Shown here: positions 9,301-19,197 of the stretch, piece after piece | Layout of the letters: each line of letters starts with the position of its first letter | Position numbering within the stretch: position 1 is the first letter of the stretch | Assembly (NCBI GenBank): GCA_965220745.1 | Contig: CBDCQT010000012.1 | Coordinates: forward strand, 672,001 to 736,000 | DNA from: Alphaproteobacteria bacterium | GTDB lineage: Bacteria; Pseudomonadota; Alphaproteobacteria; UBA828 | Reading direction: 5' to 3' | DNA length: 64,000 nucleotides | The notes under the pieces: model-generated | What the model was told of the DNA's origin: nothing | The model's input: the letters and a program-made list of their open reading frames with translations, nothing else | Databases searched by the model: none | Translations under genes and position numbers: made by a program

Positions 9301-11103
9301 CTACGCCGCCTCGTCGACGAAGAGCTCGGCAAGCTCGAAGCGGTCCTGGGTCATGTAGGCGAGGCCCTTGGTGCTGATGCGGTAGTAGGGGATGGTGACG
9401 AGCGAGACGAATTCGAGGTTCATCTGCGGGGTTTCGAGCTCACACCCCATGTCACGCCAGGCGTCTATCAGCTTGTATTGACGCTCGAAAAGCTCATCGA
9501 ATGGGAGGTCCGAGGCGAGGCCGTTGAGCGGCGTCGGCAGCGAGGCTTCGACCTCGCCGTTGCGGAGCGCGATGAAGCCGCCGTCCATCTTGATGGTCTC
9601 GTTGGCGGCTGCGGCCATGTCGTCGTCCGAGGCGCCGACCAGGACGATGTTCTGGTTGAAGACGTTGGCGGTGGTGCCGATGCAGCCTTCCTTGATCCCG
9701 AAACCCTTCACGAAGGCGACGCCCACCTCGCCGGTGCCCATGATCCGGTCGATCATGCAGATCTTGTTGATGCCGTTCTCGGGGTCCGCTTGCACGAAGC
9801 CATCGACGACGGGGAGCGTTTCGACCGACCCCGGCGTCTCCAGCGAGCCGTCCCGCGTGTTGATGCACTGGACCTTCACGGTATCGCCCGAGCCTACCGG
9901 CGCCTCGATCCGAAAATCCTCGGGCTTGAGCACGCGGTCGATGTTCATGGTGCCGTAGAGCCAGTCGGGGTAATCCGGGTTCTTCAGTTGGCTGACGAGC
10001 TTGCCGCCTTCCACCCAGACCTTGCCGTTGGCCATGACCCGGTCGATCTCGAACCCTTCGAGAGTGTCGACGAACACGATGTCGGCGAAGCGCCCCGCCG
10101 CGATCATGCCCATGTCGTGGTTCACCCGGTAGAACTCCGCCGGCTGGATGGTGGACATCTGGATCGCGGTCATCGGGTCCATGCCGTTCTGCACGGCGAC
10201 GCGGATGGCGTTGTCCATCTGACCGCGCTCCAGCATCCAGTCGGGCGTGATCACGTCGGTGCAGAGCTGGTAGGCGCGGGCGTGGTATCCCTCTTCGGTA
10301 ATCACTGGAAGACACGCCTCTATGTCCTTGCACGCACTGCCTTCTCGGATCACGATCCAGATGCCGAGCTCGGCCTGACGGCGGGTCTCCGAGGCGTTGA
10401 CGATCTCGTGGTTGTGCATGATTCCGGACGCAACCCAGGCGTTGGTGATCTTCTCGTCGGTCATGCCCGCCGAGTGGCCCTGGATCACCTTGCCCATGTC
10501 CAGCGCCTCTTCCATGAGGCTGAGCAGCGCCCGGTCCCGCTGGTTCTGGTAGAGCATCAGCTCCGGGCTGATTTCCTCGATGCCCTTGGTCTCGGGCCAG
10601 GTGAGCGAGTCGCGCAGGTCTTCGATGCTGGGCGCGTTGGGCGAGGCGGGGAAGCCGATGCCGCGGTTCTGGGTGTAGCACATGGTGGGGGTGACGAAGA
10701 TCGGCTTGACCGGCGTCGCCAGCAGCTCGTCGAGGAAGAAGCGCGAAGCACGCATGCCGTTGACGATGGCGTGGCCATAGAAGCCGTCCACGATGGTGGT
10801 GGAGCCGTGCAGCAGCCGGCAGGCGGCGAAGACGGTGGAGTTGGCGTAGGTGTGCCACTGGTGGCAGTGGGGGTCGATCAGCCCCGGCACCAGGAAGCGG
10901 CCCTCGGCATCGATGACCTCGGTGTCGTCGCCGACGGCGTAGGCAACGTCGCCGACGGCGGCGATGCGCTCGCCCTTGATGGCGATGCCTTCGGCCTTGA
11001 TGGTGCCGGTGTGGACGTTGACCACGCGGCCGCCCGTGATGACTGCTTCGGCGGGCTGGTAGCCCATGGCCACGTCGATCAAGGCTTCCCGCTGCAGCTC
11101 CAT
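9301..11103 (-). CDS. adenine deaminase-like amidohydrolase (divergent active site)
   Basis: PGLIDPHCH, GH, HE, REGS, LCTD, G.IAAGRFAD, C-terminal SLVTIP...ISTKGL. Confidence 0.82.
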   Translation of the reverse strand: MELQREALIDVAMGYQPAEAVITGGRVVNVHTGTIKAEGIAIKGERIAAVGDVAYAVGDDTEVIDAEGRFLVPGLIDPHCHQWHTYANSTVFAACRLLHGSTTIVDGFYGHAIVNGMRASRFFLDELLATPVKPIFVTPTMCYTQNRGIGFPASPNAPSIEDLRDSLTWPETKGIEEISPELMLYQNQRDRALLSLMEEALDMGKVIQGHSAGMTDEKITNAWVASGIMHNHEIVNASETRRQAELGIWIVIREGSACKDIEACLPVITEEGYHARAYQLCTDVITPDWMLERGQMDNAIRVAVQNGMDPMTAIQMSTIQPAEFYRVNHDMGMIAAGRFADIVFVDTLEGFEIDRVMANGKVWVEGGKLVSQLKNPDYPDWLYGTMNIDRVLKPEDFRIEAPVGSGDTVKVQCINTRDGSLETPGSVETLPVVDGFVQADPENGINKICMIDRIMGTGEVGVAFVKGFGIKEGCIGTTANVFNQNIVLVGASDDDMAAAANETIKMDGGFIALRNGEVEASLPTPLNGLASDLPFDELFERQYKLIDAWRDMGCELETPQMNLEFVSLVTIPYYRISTKGLAYMTQDRFELAELFVDEAA

Positions 11104-11260
11104 CGTTACCCCCCTCTGCCGCATTCTCGGGGCGGCACCGTAGTCGGACTTGTGGGGGCCTTCAAGCCGAGGCCCCGGCCGGCAGAGACGGGGGATGGAC
11201 ACCGGGCGATCGGCGCGTTATTCAGACAATGACTTGCAATTGCATCGCGTGGTTCGATCC

Positions 11261-12361
11261 ATGGCGGTCGACGGGGAGGCACACGCACCGGGCGCGGGCG
11301 TGTCGAGGTGGCTGATGCTCGAGGGCATCCACCACGCCTACGACGCGATGCCGGTGGTTCGAGGCGTCGATCTGGTCGTCGGACCCGGCGAGATCATGTG
11401 CCTGCTGGGCCCGTCGGGCTGCGGCAAGACCACCCTGCTGAGGATCGCCGCCGGGCTCGAACGTCAGAGCGCGGGTCAGGTCTTCATCGACGGCGAAGAG
11501 GTCGCCGGCCCGCACCGCTTCGTCGCGCCGGAGAAGCGCCGCATCGGCCTGATGTTCCAGGACTACGCGCTGTTCCCGCACGTGCGCGCCATCGACAACG
11601 TTGGTTTCGGGCTGACAGCCACGCCAAGGGCGGAGCGCCGGCGGACCGCACTCCGGATGCTGGAGCGGCTCGGGCTCGCGGAGCTCGCCAACGCCTATCC
11701 GCACGAGCTCTCCGGCGGGGAGCAGCAGCGCGTGGCGCTCGCCCGTGCGCTGGCGCCCGCGCCCCGCGCGATGCTGCTGGACGAGCCGTTCTCCGGCCTG
11801 GACGAGCGCCTGCGGGAACAGGTCCGCGACGACACTCTGAGCTTCCTCCACGAGGCTGGGGTGCCGATCGTGCTGGTCACCCACGATGCGGACGAAGCGC
11901 TGCAGATGGCAGACCAGATCGCCCTGATGCGGGACGGGGTGCTGGTCCAGGTGGGCAGCCCGGACCGGCTCTGCCGACAGCCGGCGAGCCCGTTCGTCGC
12001 GCGCTTCTTCGGCGCGCTTCCGGCCTTCGATGGCCGGGTTAAGGACCGCGCGGTGGAGACGCCGATCGGAAGCGCGCCCACCGGCTGCGGCGAGGGTTGC
12101 AAGGTGCGGGTCTATGTCAGGCCCGAGGCCGTGGAGCTGGTGAACGGCACGGCGGCCGACGCCAACGGGCTGCCTTCCGCCCGTGTTCTGGACAGCCGGC
12201 CGATGGGCTCGACCAGCCATTTGAAGCTCGCGATCGACGGCCACGCGGCGCCGCTGACACTCAACGTCGCCGACGACGGCGCGCCAAGCGTCGATGATGT
12301 CGTCCGCATTCGGCTTGACCCACGCCGCACTTTTGTGTTCCCTGCGACACAGGACCTGTAG
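11261..12361 (+). CDS. ABC transporter ATP-binding protein (FbpC/PotA-like)
   Basis: GPSGCGKT, FQDYALFPH, LSGGEQQR, LLDEPF; C-terminal TOBE-like region. Confidence 0.9.
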   Translation: MAVDGEAHAPGAGVSRWLMLEGIHHAYDAMPVVRGVDLVVGPGEIMCLLGPSGCGKTTLLRIAAGLERQSAGQVFIDGEEVAGPHRFVAPEKRRIGLMFQDYALFPHVRAIDNVGFGLTATPRAERRRTALRMLERLGLAELANAYPHELSGGEQQRVALARALAPAPRAMLLDEPFSGLDERLREQVRDDTLSFLHEAGVPIVLVTHDADEALQMADQIALMRDGVLVQVGSPDRLCRQPASPFVARFFGALPAFDGRVKDRAVETPIGSAPTGCGEGCKVRVYVRPEAVELVNGTAADANGLPSARVLDSRPMGSTSHLKLAIDGHAAPLTLNVADDGAPSVDDVVRIRLDPRRTFVFPATQDL

Positions 12362-12455
12362 GCGACAAGGCTGCGGGACCGGTAACGTGTGGCGGTTGAT
12401 GCGCCCGCGACCGGGCGTCGCGCCGCCACCGCCGTGGTGAGACTGGAGCCGTGTC

Positions 12456-12722
12456 ATGGGTATCTCGATCTGGCAAATCCTTCTGATCGTCCTGGTGATC
12501 GTGCTGTTGTTCGGTGCCGGCAAGCTGCCGCGCCTGATGGGAGACTTCGCCAAGGGCATCAAGAGCTTCAAGACCGGCATGCGGGAGGGCGAAGCGCCTC
12601 CGCCGCCGGCACAGAGCGCGGCCGCGCCCGCTGAGGCTCCGCAGGAGCCCAAGGTGATCGAGGGCGATGCCGCAACCATCGAAGCCAGCGCCGTCAAGAA
12701 GGACGAAGCCGCCAAGAGCTAG
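12456..12722 (+). CDS. tatA: twin-arginine translocase TatA
   Basis: ISIWQILLIVLVIVLLFGAGKLPRLMGDFAKGIKSFK. Confidence 0.96.
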   Translation: MGISIWQILLIVLVIVLLFGAGKLPRLMGDFAKGIKSFKTGMREGEAPPPPAQSAAAPAEAPQEPKVIEGDAATIEASAVKKDEAAKS

Positions 12723-12786
12723 ACGCTAAACGCCGAGCGGCTGAACAGAAACAGGGAGATCACCCGCTCCTGTAGCGGGCGAAGCA

Positions 12787-13317
12787 ATGCTCGACATCGG
12801 TTGGCAAGAGATCATCATCCTGATGCTGATCGCCCTGATCGTCGTCGGGCCGAAGGACCTGCCGCGCATCGTCAAGACCGCAGGCCAGTGGATGGGCAAG
12901 GCGCGCGGCTATGCCCGCGACTTCCAGAGGACCATCGAGGAGGCCGCGGACGCGACCGAGATCGACGCGGTCAAGAAGGAAATCGACGAGGCCAACCGCG
13001 AGCTCGCCACGGCGCGGCGGGATGTGGCCGAGGGTGCGGACGCGATGCAGCGCGATGTCAACGAGGGCACGGAATCGGTGAACAAGATGTTCAGCGAGGA
13101 TGCCATGGCGCCCGACAAGGCTGCGGCCGCGAAGGCGAATGGCGGAGAGCCGCCGAGCGGTCAGGCGGCCGACGCGGACGGCGGCCAGGCCGAGAACGCC
13201 GCCGCAGCTGAGGTAGAAAGCGAGACCACCGCCGCGCAGGCGGAAGCCGCGGCGCCCGCTGCGGAGAGTCCAGGCAACGGCGCGGACGGCCCACCCGGGC
13301 GCGGTGCGAGCGCCTAG
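12787..13317 (+). CDS. tatB: twin-arginine translocase TatB
   Basis: MLDIGWQE...VVGPKDLP. Confidence 0.96.
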   Translation: MLDIGWQEIIILMLIALIVVGPKDLPRIVKTAGQWMGKARGYARDFQRTIEEAADATEIDAVKKEIDEANRELATARRDVAEGADAMQRDVNEGTESVNKMFSEDAMAPDKAAAAKANGGEPPSGQAADADGGQAENAAAAEVESETTAAQAEAAAPAAESPGNGADGPPGRGASA

Positions 13318-13454
13318 GCGCACGGCAGAATAGCCGGATGTTGCCGCGGCTCCTGCTTGACGTGTCAACGCCGCACAGGCCCGAATCGAGGGCGAGCGAG
13401 CGGCATTCCCTTCACCGGACGAGACGGGGCGCTGCCCCGGATGGCGGTTAGCCC

Positions 13455-14312
13455 GTGGTCGACAACATCGAACAATCGCGCGCGCCGCTGATCGACCATC
13501 TGATCGAGCTCAGGCGTCGTCTCGCCTTCGCGGCGATCGGGCTCGTCATCGCCTTCCTCGGCTGCTGGTACGTGGCCTCGGACATTTTTGCCTTCCTGGT
13601 CGAGCCGTTGCGCGACGTGCTGGCCGAGGGCGGGTACGATACCAACCTGATCTACACCCACCTGCTGGAGGCGTTCTTCACCGAGCTGAAGATTGCCTTC
13701 TGGGGCGCGTTCTTCGTCTCCTTCCCGCTGATCGCCACGCAGTTCTGGATGTTCGTGGCGCCGGGGCTCTACCGGAACGAGAAGAAGGCCGTCCTGCCTT
13801 TCCTGTTCATAACGCCGATCCTGTTCTTCTCGGGCGGCGCACTGGTTTACTACTTCATCTTCCCGCAGGCGTTCAATTTCTTCATCTCCTTCCAGGAAGG
13901 AAGCACCGACGATCGCCTCGGCCTCGAGCTGCTGCCAAGAATTGGCGAGTACCTCTCGCTGGTGATGAAGCTGATCTTCGCCTTCGGCATCGCCTTCCAG
14001 CTTCCGGTGATGCTGACGCTGATGGGTCGTGCGGGCCTCGCCACGTCTGCCGGGCTCAAGCGAAAGCGCAAGTACGCCATCGTCATCGTGTTCATTGCTG
14101 CGGCAATTCTCACGCCGCCCGATCTGTTCAGCCAGATCGGCCTCGGCATCCCGCTGATCGCGCTCTACGAGATCTCGATCATCTCGGTCGGTTTCGTCGA
14201 GAAGAAGCGTCGCAAGAAGCAGGAAGAAGAAGAGGCGATGTACGCGGAGATGGACGAGCTGCTCGCCGAGTACGAGGACAGCGAAGAGACCGACTTCAAC
14301 TTCGGGCGCTAA
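13455..14312 (+). CDS. tatC: twin-arginine translocase TatC
   Basis: PLIDHLIELRRRL, FVAPGLY, FQLP, ILTPPD, LYEISI. Confidence 0.97.
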   Translation: MVDNIEQSRAPLIDHLIELRRRLAFAAIGLVIAFLGCWYVASDIFAFLVEPLRDVLAEGGYDTNLIYTHLLEAFFTELKIAFWGAFFVSFPLIATQFWMFVAPGLYRNEKKAVLPFLFITPILFFSGGALVYYFIFPQAFNFFISFQEGSTDDRLGLELLPRIGEYLSLVMKLIFAFGIAFQLPVMLTLMGRAGLATSAGLKRKRKYAIVIVFIAAAILTPPDLFSQIGLGIPLIALYEISIISVGFVEKKRRKKQEEEEAMYAEMDELLAEYEDSEETDFNFGR

Positions 14313-14480
14313 GGACGGCCCGCCAAGCCGGGTCCATCGGGCCTCGCCGTCATTTGGATAAGCTATTTGTGACATAAGAAAATCGATCTTCGATCAGGGG
14401 ATTGTTGCGATTATGCTCGCGCCATCGTCCGGGCGCTGCGACTAAGATTCGGCGCTATGCGGCGAAGGGAGGGCACCCGT

Positions 14481-17030
14481 ATGAACGCGACACATGTGAA
14501 TCCATCCGGCGCAGATTGTGGCCGAAACGGAATGAGAGGCCCGGCGAAGACCCTTCTGGCGTCTTTGGCTTCGCTCGCCGTTTTCGCCTTGCTTACGGTG
14601 AATACAGCCCACGCCGGCTCCCTCGCGCCAGCCCCGCAGATCATCGCCGAGTACGACCGCAGCTTCATCGAGCGCTCTGGCGCCCAGACCTTCGGCGAGA
14701 TGCTCGACACGGGCATCATCCGCTACTTCTTCACCGGAGGGCGCGATCTGCTCATCCTGGTGAACGGGCGGCCCTACGCAACGACCGCGCACAATCTGGA
14801 CTCCCTCCCGCTTTCGGCGGTCGAGCGCATCGAGGTGCTGAGAGGCGAGAGCCTGGGGACGATCGGCGGCCACGCCGCGGTACGTGGCGCATTCAACCTC
14901 GTGCTGAGGAAGGATCTGGACGGCTTCGACGTGCGCACCGTTGCCCGGCTGCCGAGCCGCGACGGCGGCGACGCGCGCCAGGGCAGCGTCGTATGGGGCG
15001 GTGAAATCGGCGCCGGCGGGCACATGACCGTCGGCGTCGACGTCCTCGACCGCCAGGAGATCGTGGGCAGCACCCGCGAGCACAGTCGCTCGGAGTGGAC
15101 GGAGGGCGGGAGCTTCGCCGAGGCGAAGAACGTGAGCGTCGGCGGCAACACCGTCTACATCTTCGACACGAGCGCGGGCGAGCTGAGAGCCGTGGCGCTC
15201 GGCGCGTGCGACCCGGCGCACGGCTACACCGGCCCGCTCAGCAATCCGTCGGGGATCGACTCAGGCGACAAAGGCTGCGGGTTCGCCTACGGCGACTTCT
15301 GGTGGGACAGCGCGAGCTACGACCAGAGTAATGCAATCCTGAGCCTCGACCACCCGCTCGGAGAGCGCGCCGAGCTTCACGTGGACGCAAACGCCACGCT
15401 TGGACGCTCGGCGTTCCGCTACGCACCGTCGATCGATGTCTTCTCGATCGCCCCGAGCGAGAGCCTGCTCGACGCAATCAACGCATCGGCGCGCGAGGCC
15501 GACCCGGCGTTCGAGGCGACGAAAGACGACATCTTCGCGGTGGGGCACCGCTTTATCGGCCATGGCAACCGAGACTGGAGGACGACCACCGAGGAGTACG
15601 ACCTCTCGGCAAGCGTCGAGGGCCGGCTTTCCGAAGACCTGGGCTACGACGCCGAAATCAGCGCCTGGAGGCTCGACGGGTCGGTGTCGGGCGATACCTT
15701 CGTGGACGCCGAGACGATCGGGCAAGAGATCGAGGCCGGAAGGTACGACCTGACCGATCCACTGTCGATGGAACCGGACCACCTGAGAGCGATCGAGAGG
15801 AGCAGCCTGCGCGAGGAGGAGGACTTCGGCGGGAGGTATCTGGGCGCGCGACTTGCGCTCGAGGGCGTCGGTCCGATCATCGGCGGGCGCGACACGGCAT
15901 GGACTGCGGGGGTCGAACTCGCCGACGTGGAGGCCCACAGACTGCTGGCGTTCCGGGCGAGCGACGGCCGGACCCGCGACGTGAGCGGGGTGCTCGGGTC
16001 GGGCGGTACCAGCTACGCCGGCGAGCGCGAGGCGGCAGGGGCCTTCGCTGAGGTGTCCCTGCCCCTCGCCGACGCCGTGGACGTGAGAGCCGCGGCACGG
16101 GCGGACGAGTACGACGACGTCGGCGGGCTGCGTGCGTGGCGCCTCGGGGCCGAATACAGTCCGAGCGACATCGTGACGCTGCGCGGCTCGTGGAGCACGG
16201 GCGACCAAGCGCCCTCGATGCACCACCTGTACAGCACTGCTGCGCAAGACCACCCCTACGTCCGTTGCGTCCCGGAGAGCGGGCCGCCGCCGCGCACATG
16301 CGATACGTCGAACTACCGGCAAGTGACGCGCAGCACGAGCGGCAACCCCGAGCTCGAGCCGTCTGGATCGGAGAGGCGCACCATCGGCGCCGAGGCCCGC
16401 AGGGGGCCGTTCTACCTCGTCGCCGACTGGTACTGGCTCACGACCTCGGATCTGCCGGGGCAGCACGATGCCACCTGGGCGATGCTGAATTACCCCGAGT
16501 GCCCGCCGGGCGGTGGCGGCAGCTGCATCGGGCGCGCGGCCGGAGACATCACCATCCACGACAACTTCGCGAATATCGTCGAGATCGAAATCTCGGGGGT
16601 CAACACCCGGTTCGGGGCCCGCGCGGAGACCGACTGGGGCTTCGTCGCATTGCGCGGATTCTGGCGCTACGTCACCAGCAGCGAGGAGCGCATCGCAGGC
16701 GACGAGCAGCCGTACCCGCTCCCGCGCAACGCCGTGCGCATCGTGACCTCGGCCGGGCGCGGCGACCTTACGGCCTTCTGGGCCGTCAACTACCGCGACG
16801 AGATCGAGAACCAGCGGGACGATGGACGGTTCAAGTCCTGGACCGGCCACGACCTGACGCTCGACTGGAGAGCGCCGCTTGGCCTCGAAGACACGCGGGT
16901 AACCGCGGGCGTGTACAACGTCACCGACGCGAAGCTCTCCACGAACACCGCGAACCCCTCCTTTACCGACGGGCCGCGCGCGGCCGGCTGGGGGCGCACC
17001 TTCTTCGTTACCCTCAACATGCGGTTCTGA
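14481..17030 (+). CDS. TonB-dependent receptor-like outer membrane protein
   Basis: Signal peptide ending AHA; plug motif LILVNGR...LDSLPLSAVERIEVL; GNPELEP; C-terminal GRTFFVTLNMRF; start uncertain. Confidence 0.88.
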   Translation: MNATHVNPSGADCGRNGMRGPAKTLLASLASLAVFALLTVNTAHAGSLAPAPQIIAEYDRSFIERSGAQTFGEMLDTGIIRYFFTGGRDLLILVNGRPYATTAHNLDSLPLSAVERIEVLRGESLGTIGGHAAVRGAFNLVLRKDLDGFDVRTVARLPSRDGGDARQGSVVWGGEIGAGGHMTVGVDVLDRQEIVGSTREHSRSEWTEGGSFAEAKNVSVGGNTVYIFDTSAGELRAVALGACDPAHGYTGPLSNPSGIDSGDKGCGFAYGDFWWDSASYDQSNAILSLDHPLGERAELHVDANATLGRSAFRYAPSIDVFSIAPSESLLDAINASAREADPAFEATKDDIFAVGHRFIGHGNRDWRTTTEEYDLSASVEGRLSEDLGYDAEISAWRLDGSVSGDTFVDAETIGQEIEAGRYDLTDPLSMEPDHLRAIERSSLREEEDFGGRYLGARLALEGVGPIIGGRDTAWTAGVELADVEAHRLLAFRASDGRTRDVSGVLGSGGTSYAGEREAAGAFAEVSLPLADAVDVRAAARADEYDDVGGLRAWRLGAEYSPSDIVTLRGSWSTGDQAPSMHHLYSTAAQDHPYVRCVPESGPPPRTCDTSNYRQVTRSTSGNPELEPSGSERRTIGAEARRGPFYLVADWYWLTTSDLPGQHDATWAMLNYPECPPGGGGSCIGRAAGDITIHDNFANIVEIEISGVNTRFGARAETDWGFVALRGFWRYVTSSEERIAGDEQPYPLPRNAVRIVTSAGRGDLTAFWAVNYRDEIENQRDDGRFKSWTGHDLTLDWRAPLGLEDTRVTAGVYNVTDAKLSTNTANPSFTDGPRAAGWGRTFFVTLNMRF

Positions 17031-17090
17031 GTAGGGAGCGGCGCCTGACCCTCTTCCCGAACTCCGCAGTGGCGCGGTAACAGCGGCGGG

Positions 17091-17708
17091 TTAGTCTCCC
17101 CCGCCGCCGCCGTCGACCGAAGGCACGATCTCGGCCGGCTCGACGAAGTTCGGCTCCGCCTCGGGCGGTCGGGCCTCGGCGCCGACGGCATCGGACGCCT
17201 GCGCCGCTTGCTGCTGGCGGTTGCGATAAAGGGCGAGGAAGTCGATCGGCGCGAGCAGGAGCGGCGGGAAGCCGCCGTCGCGGGTGACGTCCGCGACGAT
17301 GCGCCGCGCGAAGGGGAAGAGCAGCCGCGGGCACTCGATCAGCAGCGCGGGCTCCATCGCGTTATCGGGGATTCCGATGAAGTTGAAGACCCCGGCATAG
17401 CTCAGCTCTACCAGGAAAACCGGCTTCTCCTCGTGGCTGGCGTGCGCGGTGATCTGGAGGACGACCTCGAAGGTCTGCTCGTTCAGCCGGCGCGCCTCGA
17501 CCTGCACGTTGACCGTGATCTGCGGTGAACGCTCCGCCTCGGGGGAGCGCTCCAGAGCAGAGGGGTTCTCGAACGAGAGGTCCTTCACGTACTGGGTCTG
17601 TATCCCGAGCTGCGGGCGTGTTTCCTGCGCCCCTTGCGCGTTGCCTGCGCCTGCGCCTGCGGCGGCGGCCGACGTGGGGGGTGTGGTGCCGGTCTCGTCA
17701 GCCATCAT
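17091..17708 (-). CDS. secB: protein-export chaperone SecB
   Basis: QYVKDLSFENP, CPRLLFPFAR, GGFPPLLLAPIDF. Confidence 0.96.
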   Translation of the reverse strand: MMADETGTTPPTSAAAAGAGAGNAQGAQETRPQLGIQTQYVKDLSFENPSALERSPEAERSPQITVNVQVEARRLNEQTFEVVLQITAHASHEEKPVFLVELSYAGVFNFIGIPDNAMEPALLIECPRLLFPFARRIVADVTRDGGFPPLLLAPIDFLALYRNRQQQAAQASDAVGAEARPPEAEPNFVEPAEIVPSVDGGGGGD

Positions 17709-18190
17709 TGCTCTCCTTGGGGGCGCACATTCCGGGGGCCGGGTTCGGGTGTCTCGTCGAGCACTGTGTATTCGCCGTCGATGATCCGCCCGCCGTCGGC
17801 AGCCGACGACGGGCCGGCATCGGAGCCGGCATGGCGGGCGTGCGGCGCGAAACGGGTCAGCAGGCGGCGCAGGAGACTACGGCGGAGCGGCGGCAGCAAC
17901 AACAGCGTCCCCAACGTATCGGTGAAGAAGCCGGGCGTCAGCAGCAGCACCGCCGCGAGCGCCAGCGCCGCGCCCTCGGCCATCTCGGCCACCGGCAGAC
18001 GATTCGCCGCGAGCTGCTGGCGCGCCCGTGCCAGGGTCTGGAGCCCTTGCCAGCGCAGGATCAGGCCGCCGACCACGGCGGTGCCGACGATGAGTCCGAT
18101 GGTCGGCCACGTCCCGATGACGCTCCCGACTTCGAGGAAGATAAACACCTCGCCAACCGGAATCGCCAGCAACAGCAGAAGAAGGGGCAT
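17705..18190 (-). CDS. fxsA: FxsA family membrane protein
   Basis: LLLTPGFFTD motif; conserved position next to secB. Confidence 0.92.
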   Translation of the reverse strand: MPLLLLLLAIPVGEVFIFLEVGSVIGTWPTIGLIVGTAVVGGLILRWQGLQTLARARQQLAANRLPVAEMAEGAALALAAVLLLTPGFFTDTLGTLLLLPPLRRSLLRRLLTRFAPHARHAGSDAGPSSAADGGRIIDGEYTVLDETPEPGPRNVRPQGEQ

Positions 18191-18390
18191 AAAGGCGGTG
18201 TGCTCCGTGCTTGCGCTCGCGCGGCGCTCTACCTATCTTGCGTTATGTCGGCTCCCCGCGCCGGGCTTCGGCGGGACCGTCGCTTACGCCGGGGTTGCCG
18301 GCGAGCGCCGCCGACGAGGGCCCGGAGTTCGCTGGCCGGATTCGGCAGCCATTTTGCGACGGAAGGCCGCCTGCCCACAAGGTTCGGGAC

Positions 18391-19197
18391 ATGTCCGACG
18401 GATTTCAATTCTACGACATCATATTCTTCGCGCTGATCGCGATCTTCATTATCTTGCGCCTGCGCGGCGTCCTCGGCCGGCGAACCGGCCAGCATCGCCA
18501 GCGTCATCCCGATCGCTTCGCCCGGACCGAGCAGCCCCCTGAGGAAAGCCAGGGGCAAGGGCCGAGCCAAGGCCAGGGCGAAGTCGTCCAGTTGCCGGAT
18601 CGCACCCAGCCCGTGCGCGAGGCGCCGCAGGATATGGCACCGCAGGACGAAGAGCCGGAGCCAGCCGCACCACGCCCGGCGTTTGCGGCCAAGAAGGAGG
18701 CGCCGGCACGGGACGCGACGGCGGACCGGGACGAGGCAATCGGCGGGCTCCGGGCCGGCCTGGAGCAGATCAGGCGGGCGGACCACGAATTCTCGCCGAA
18801 GCGCTTCGTTCAGGGCGCGCAGGCTGCCTTCGAGATGGTGGTGGACGCCTTCGCCAAGGGCGATACGGCGACGCTCCGGCCGCTCTTGGGCGACGATGTC
18901 TACGACGAGTTCGCGGCGGCCATCCGCGAGCGCATGGCGGACGGCCACGTTCAGGAGACCACCATCGTCGCCCTCGATGCGGCCGAGATCATCAGCGCCG
19001 AGATGCGCTCCAGCACCGCGCGGGTGACGGTGAAGTTCGTGAGCCAGCAGATCAACGTGGTGCGGGACAAGGACGGCGAGGAGGTCGGCGGCGACCCCAG
19101 CCTGATCGAGCGGGTCACCGACATCTGGATCTTCGCGCGCAACACCCGCTCGTCCGATCCCAACTGGTCGCTGATCGAGACCACCATCCCCAATTGA
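18391..19197 (+). CDS. Tim44/TimA family protein
   Basis: DIIFFALIAIFIILRLRGVLGRRTG; FVQGAQAAFEMVVDAFAKGD; DIWIFAR...PNWSL. Confidence 0.92.
   Translation: MSDGFQFYDIIFFALIAIFIILRLRGVLGRRTGQHRQRHPDRFARTEQPPEESQGQGPSQGQGEVVQLPDRTQPVREAPQDMAPQDEEPEPAAPRPAFAAKKEAPARDATADRDEAIGGLRAGLEQIRRADHEFSPKRFVQGAQAAFEMVVDAFAKGDTATLRPLLGDDVYDEFAAAIRERMADGHVQETTIVALDAAEIISAEMRSSTARVTVKFVSQQINVVRDKDGEEVGGDPSLIERVTDIWIFARNTRSSDPNWSLIETTIPN

Noticed and set aside
8551-11232. 893-aa plus-strand ORF
   Set aside because: Antisense shadow of the adenine-deaminase-like and Gfo/Idh/MocA genes in high-GC DNA; no motifs
13357-13368. Palindrome TTGAC-GT-GTCAA upstream of tatC as an FNR-like site
   Set aside because: The spacer is 2 nt rather than 4 and the half-sites differ; no other support
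17627-17668. Short GCGCCT/GCG tandem repeats
   Set aside because: They encode the Ala/Gly low-complexity N-terminus of SecB
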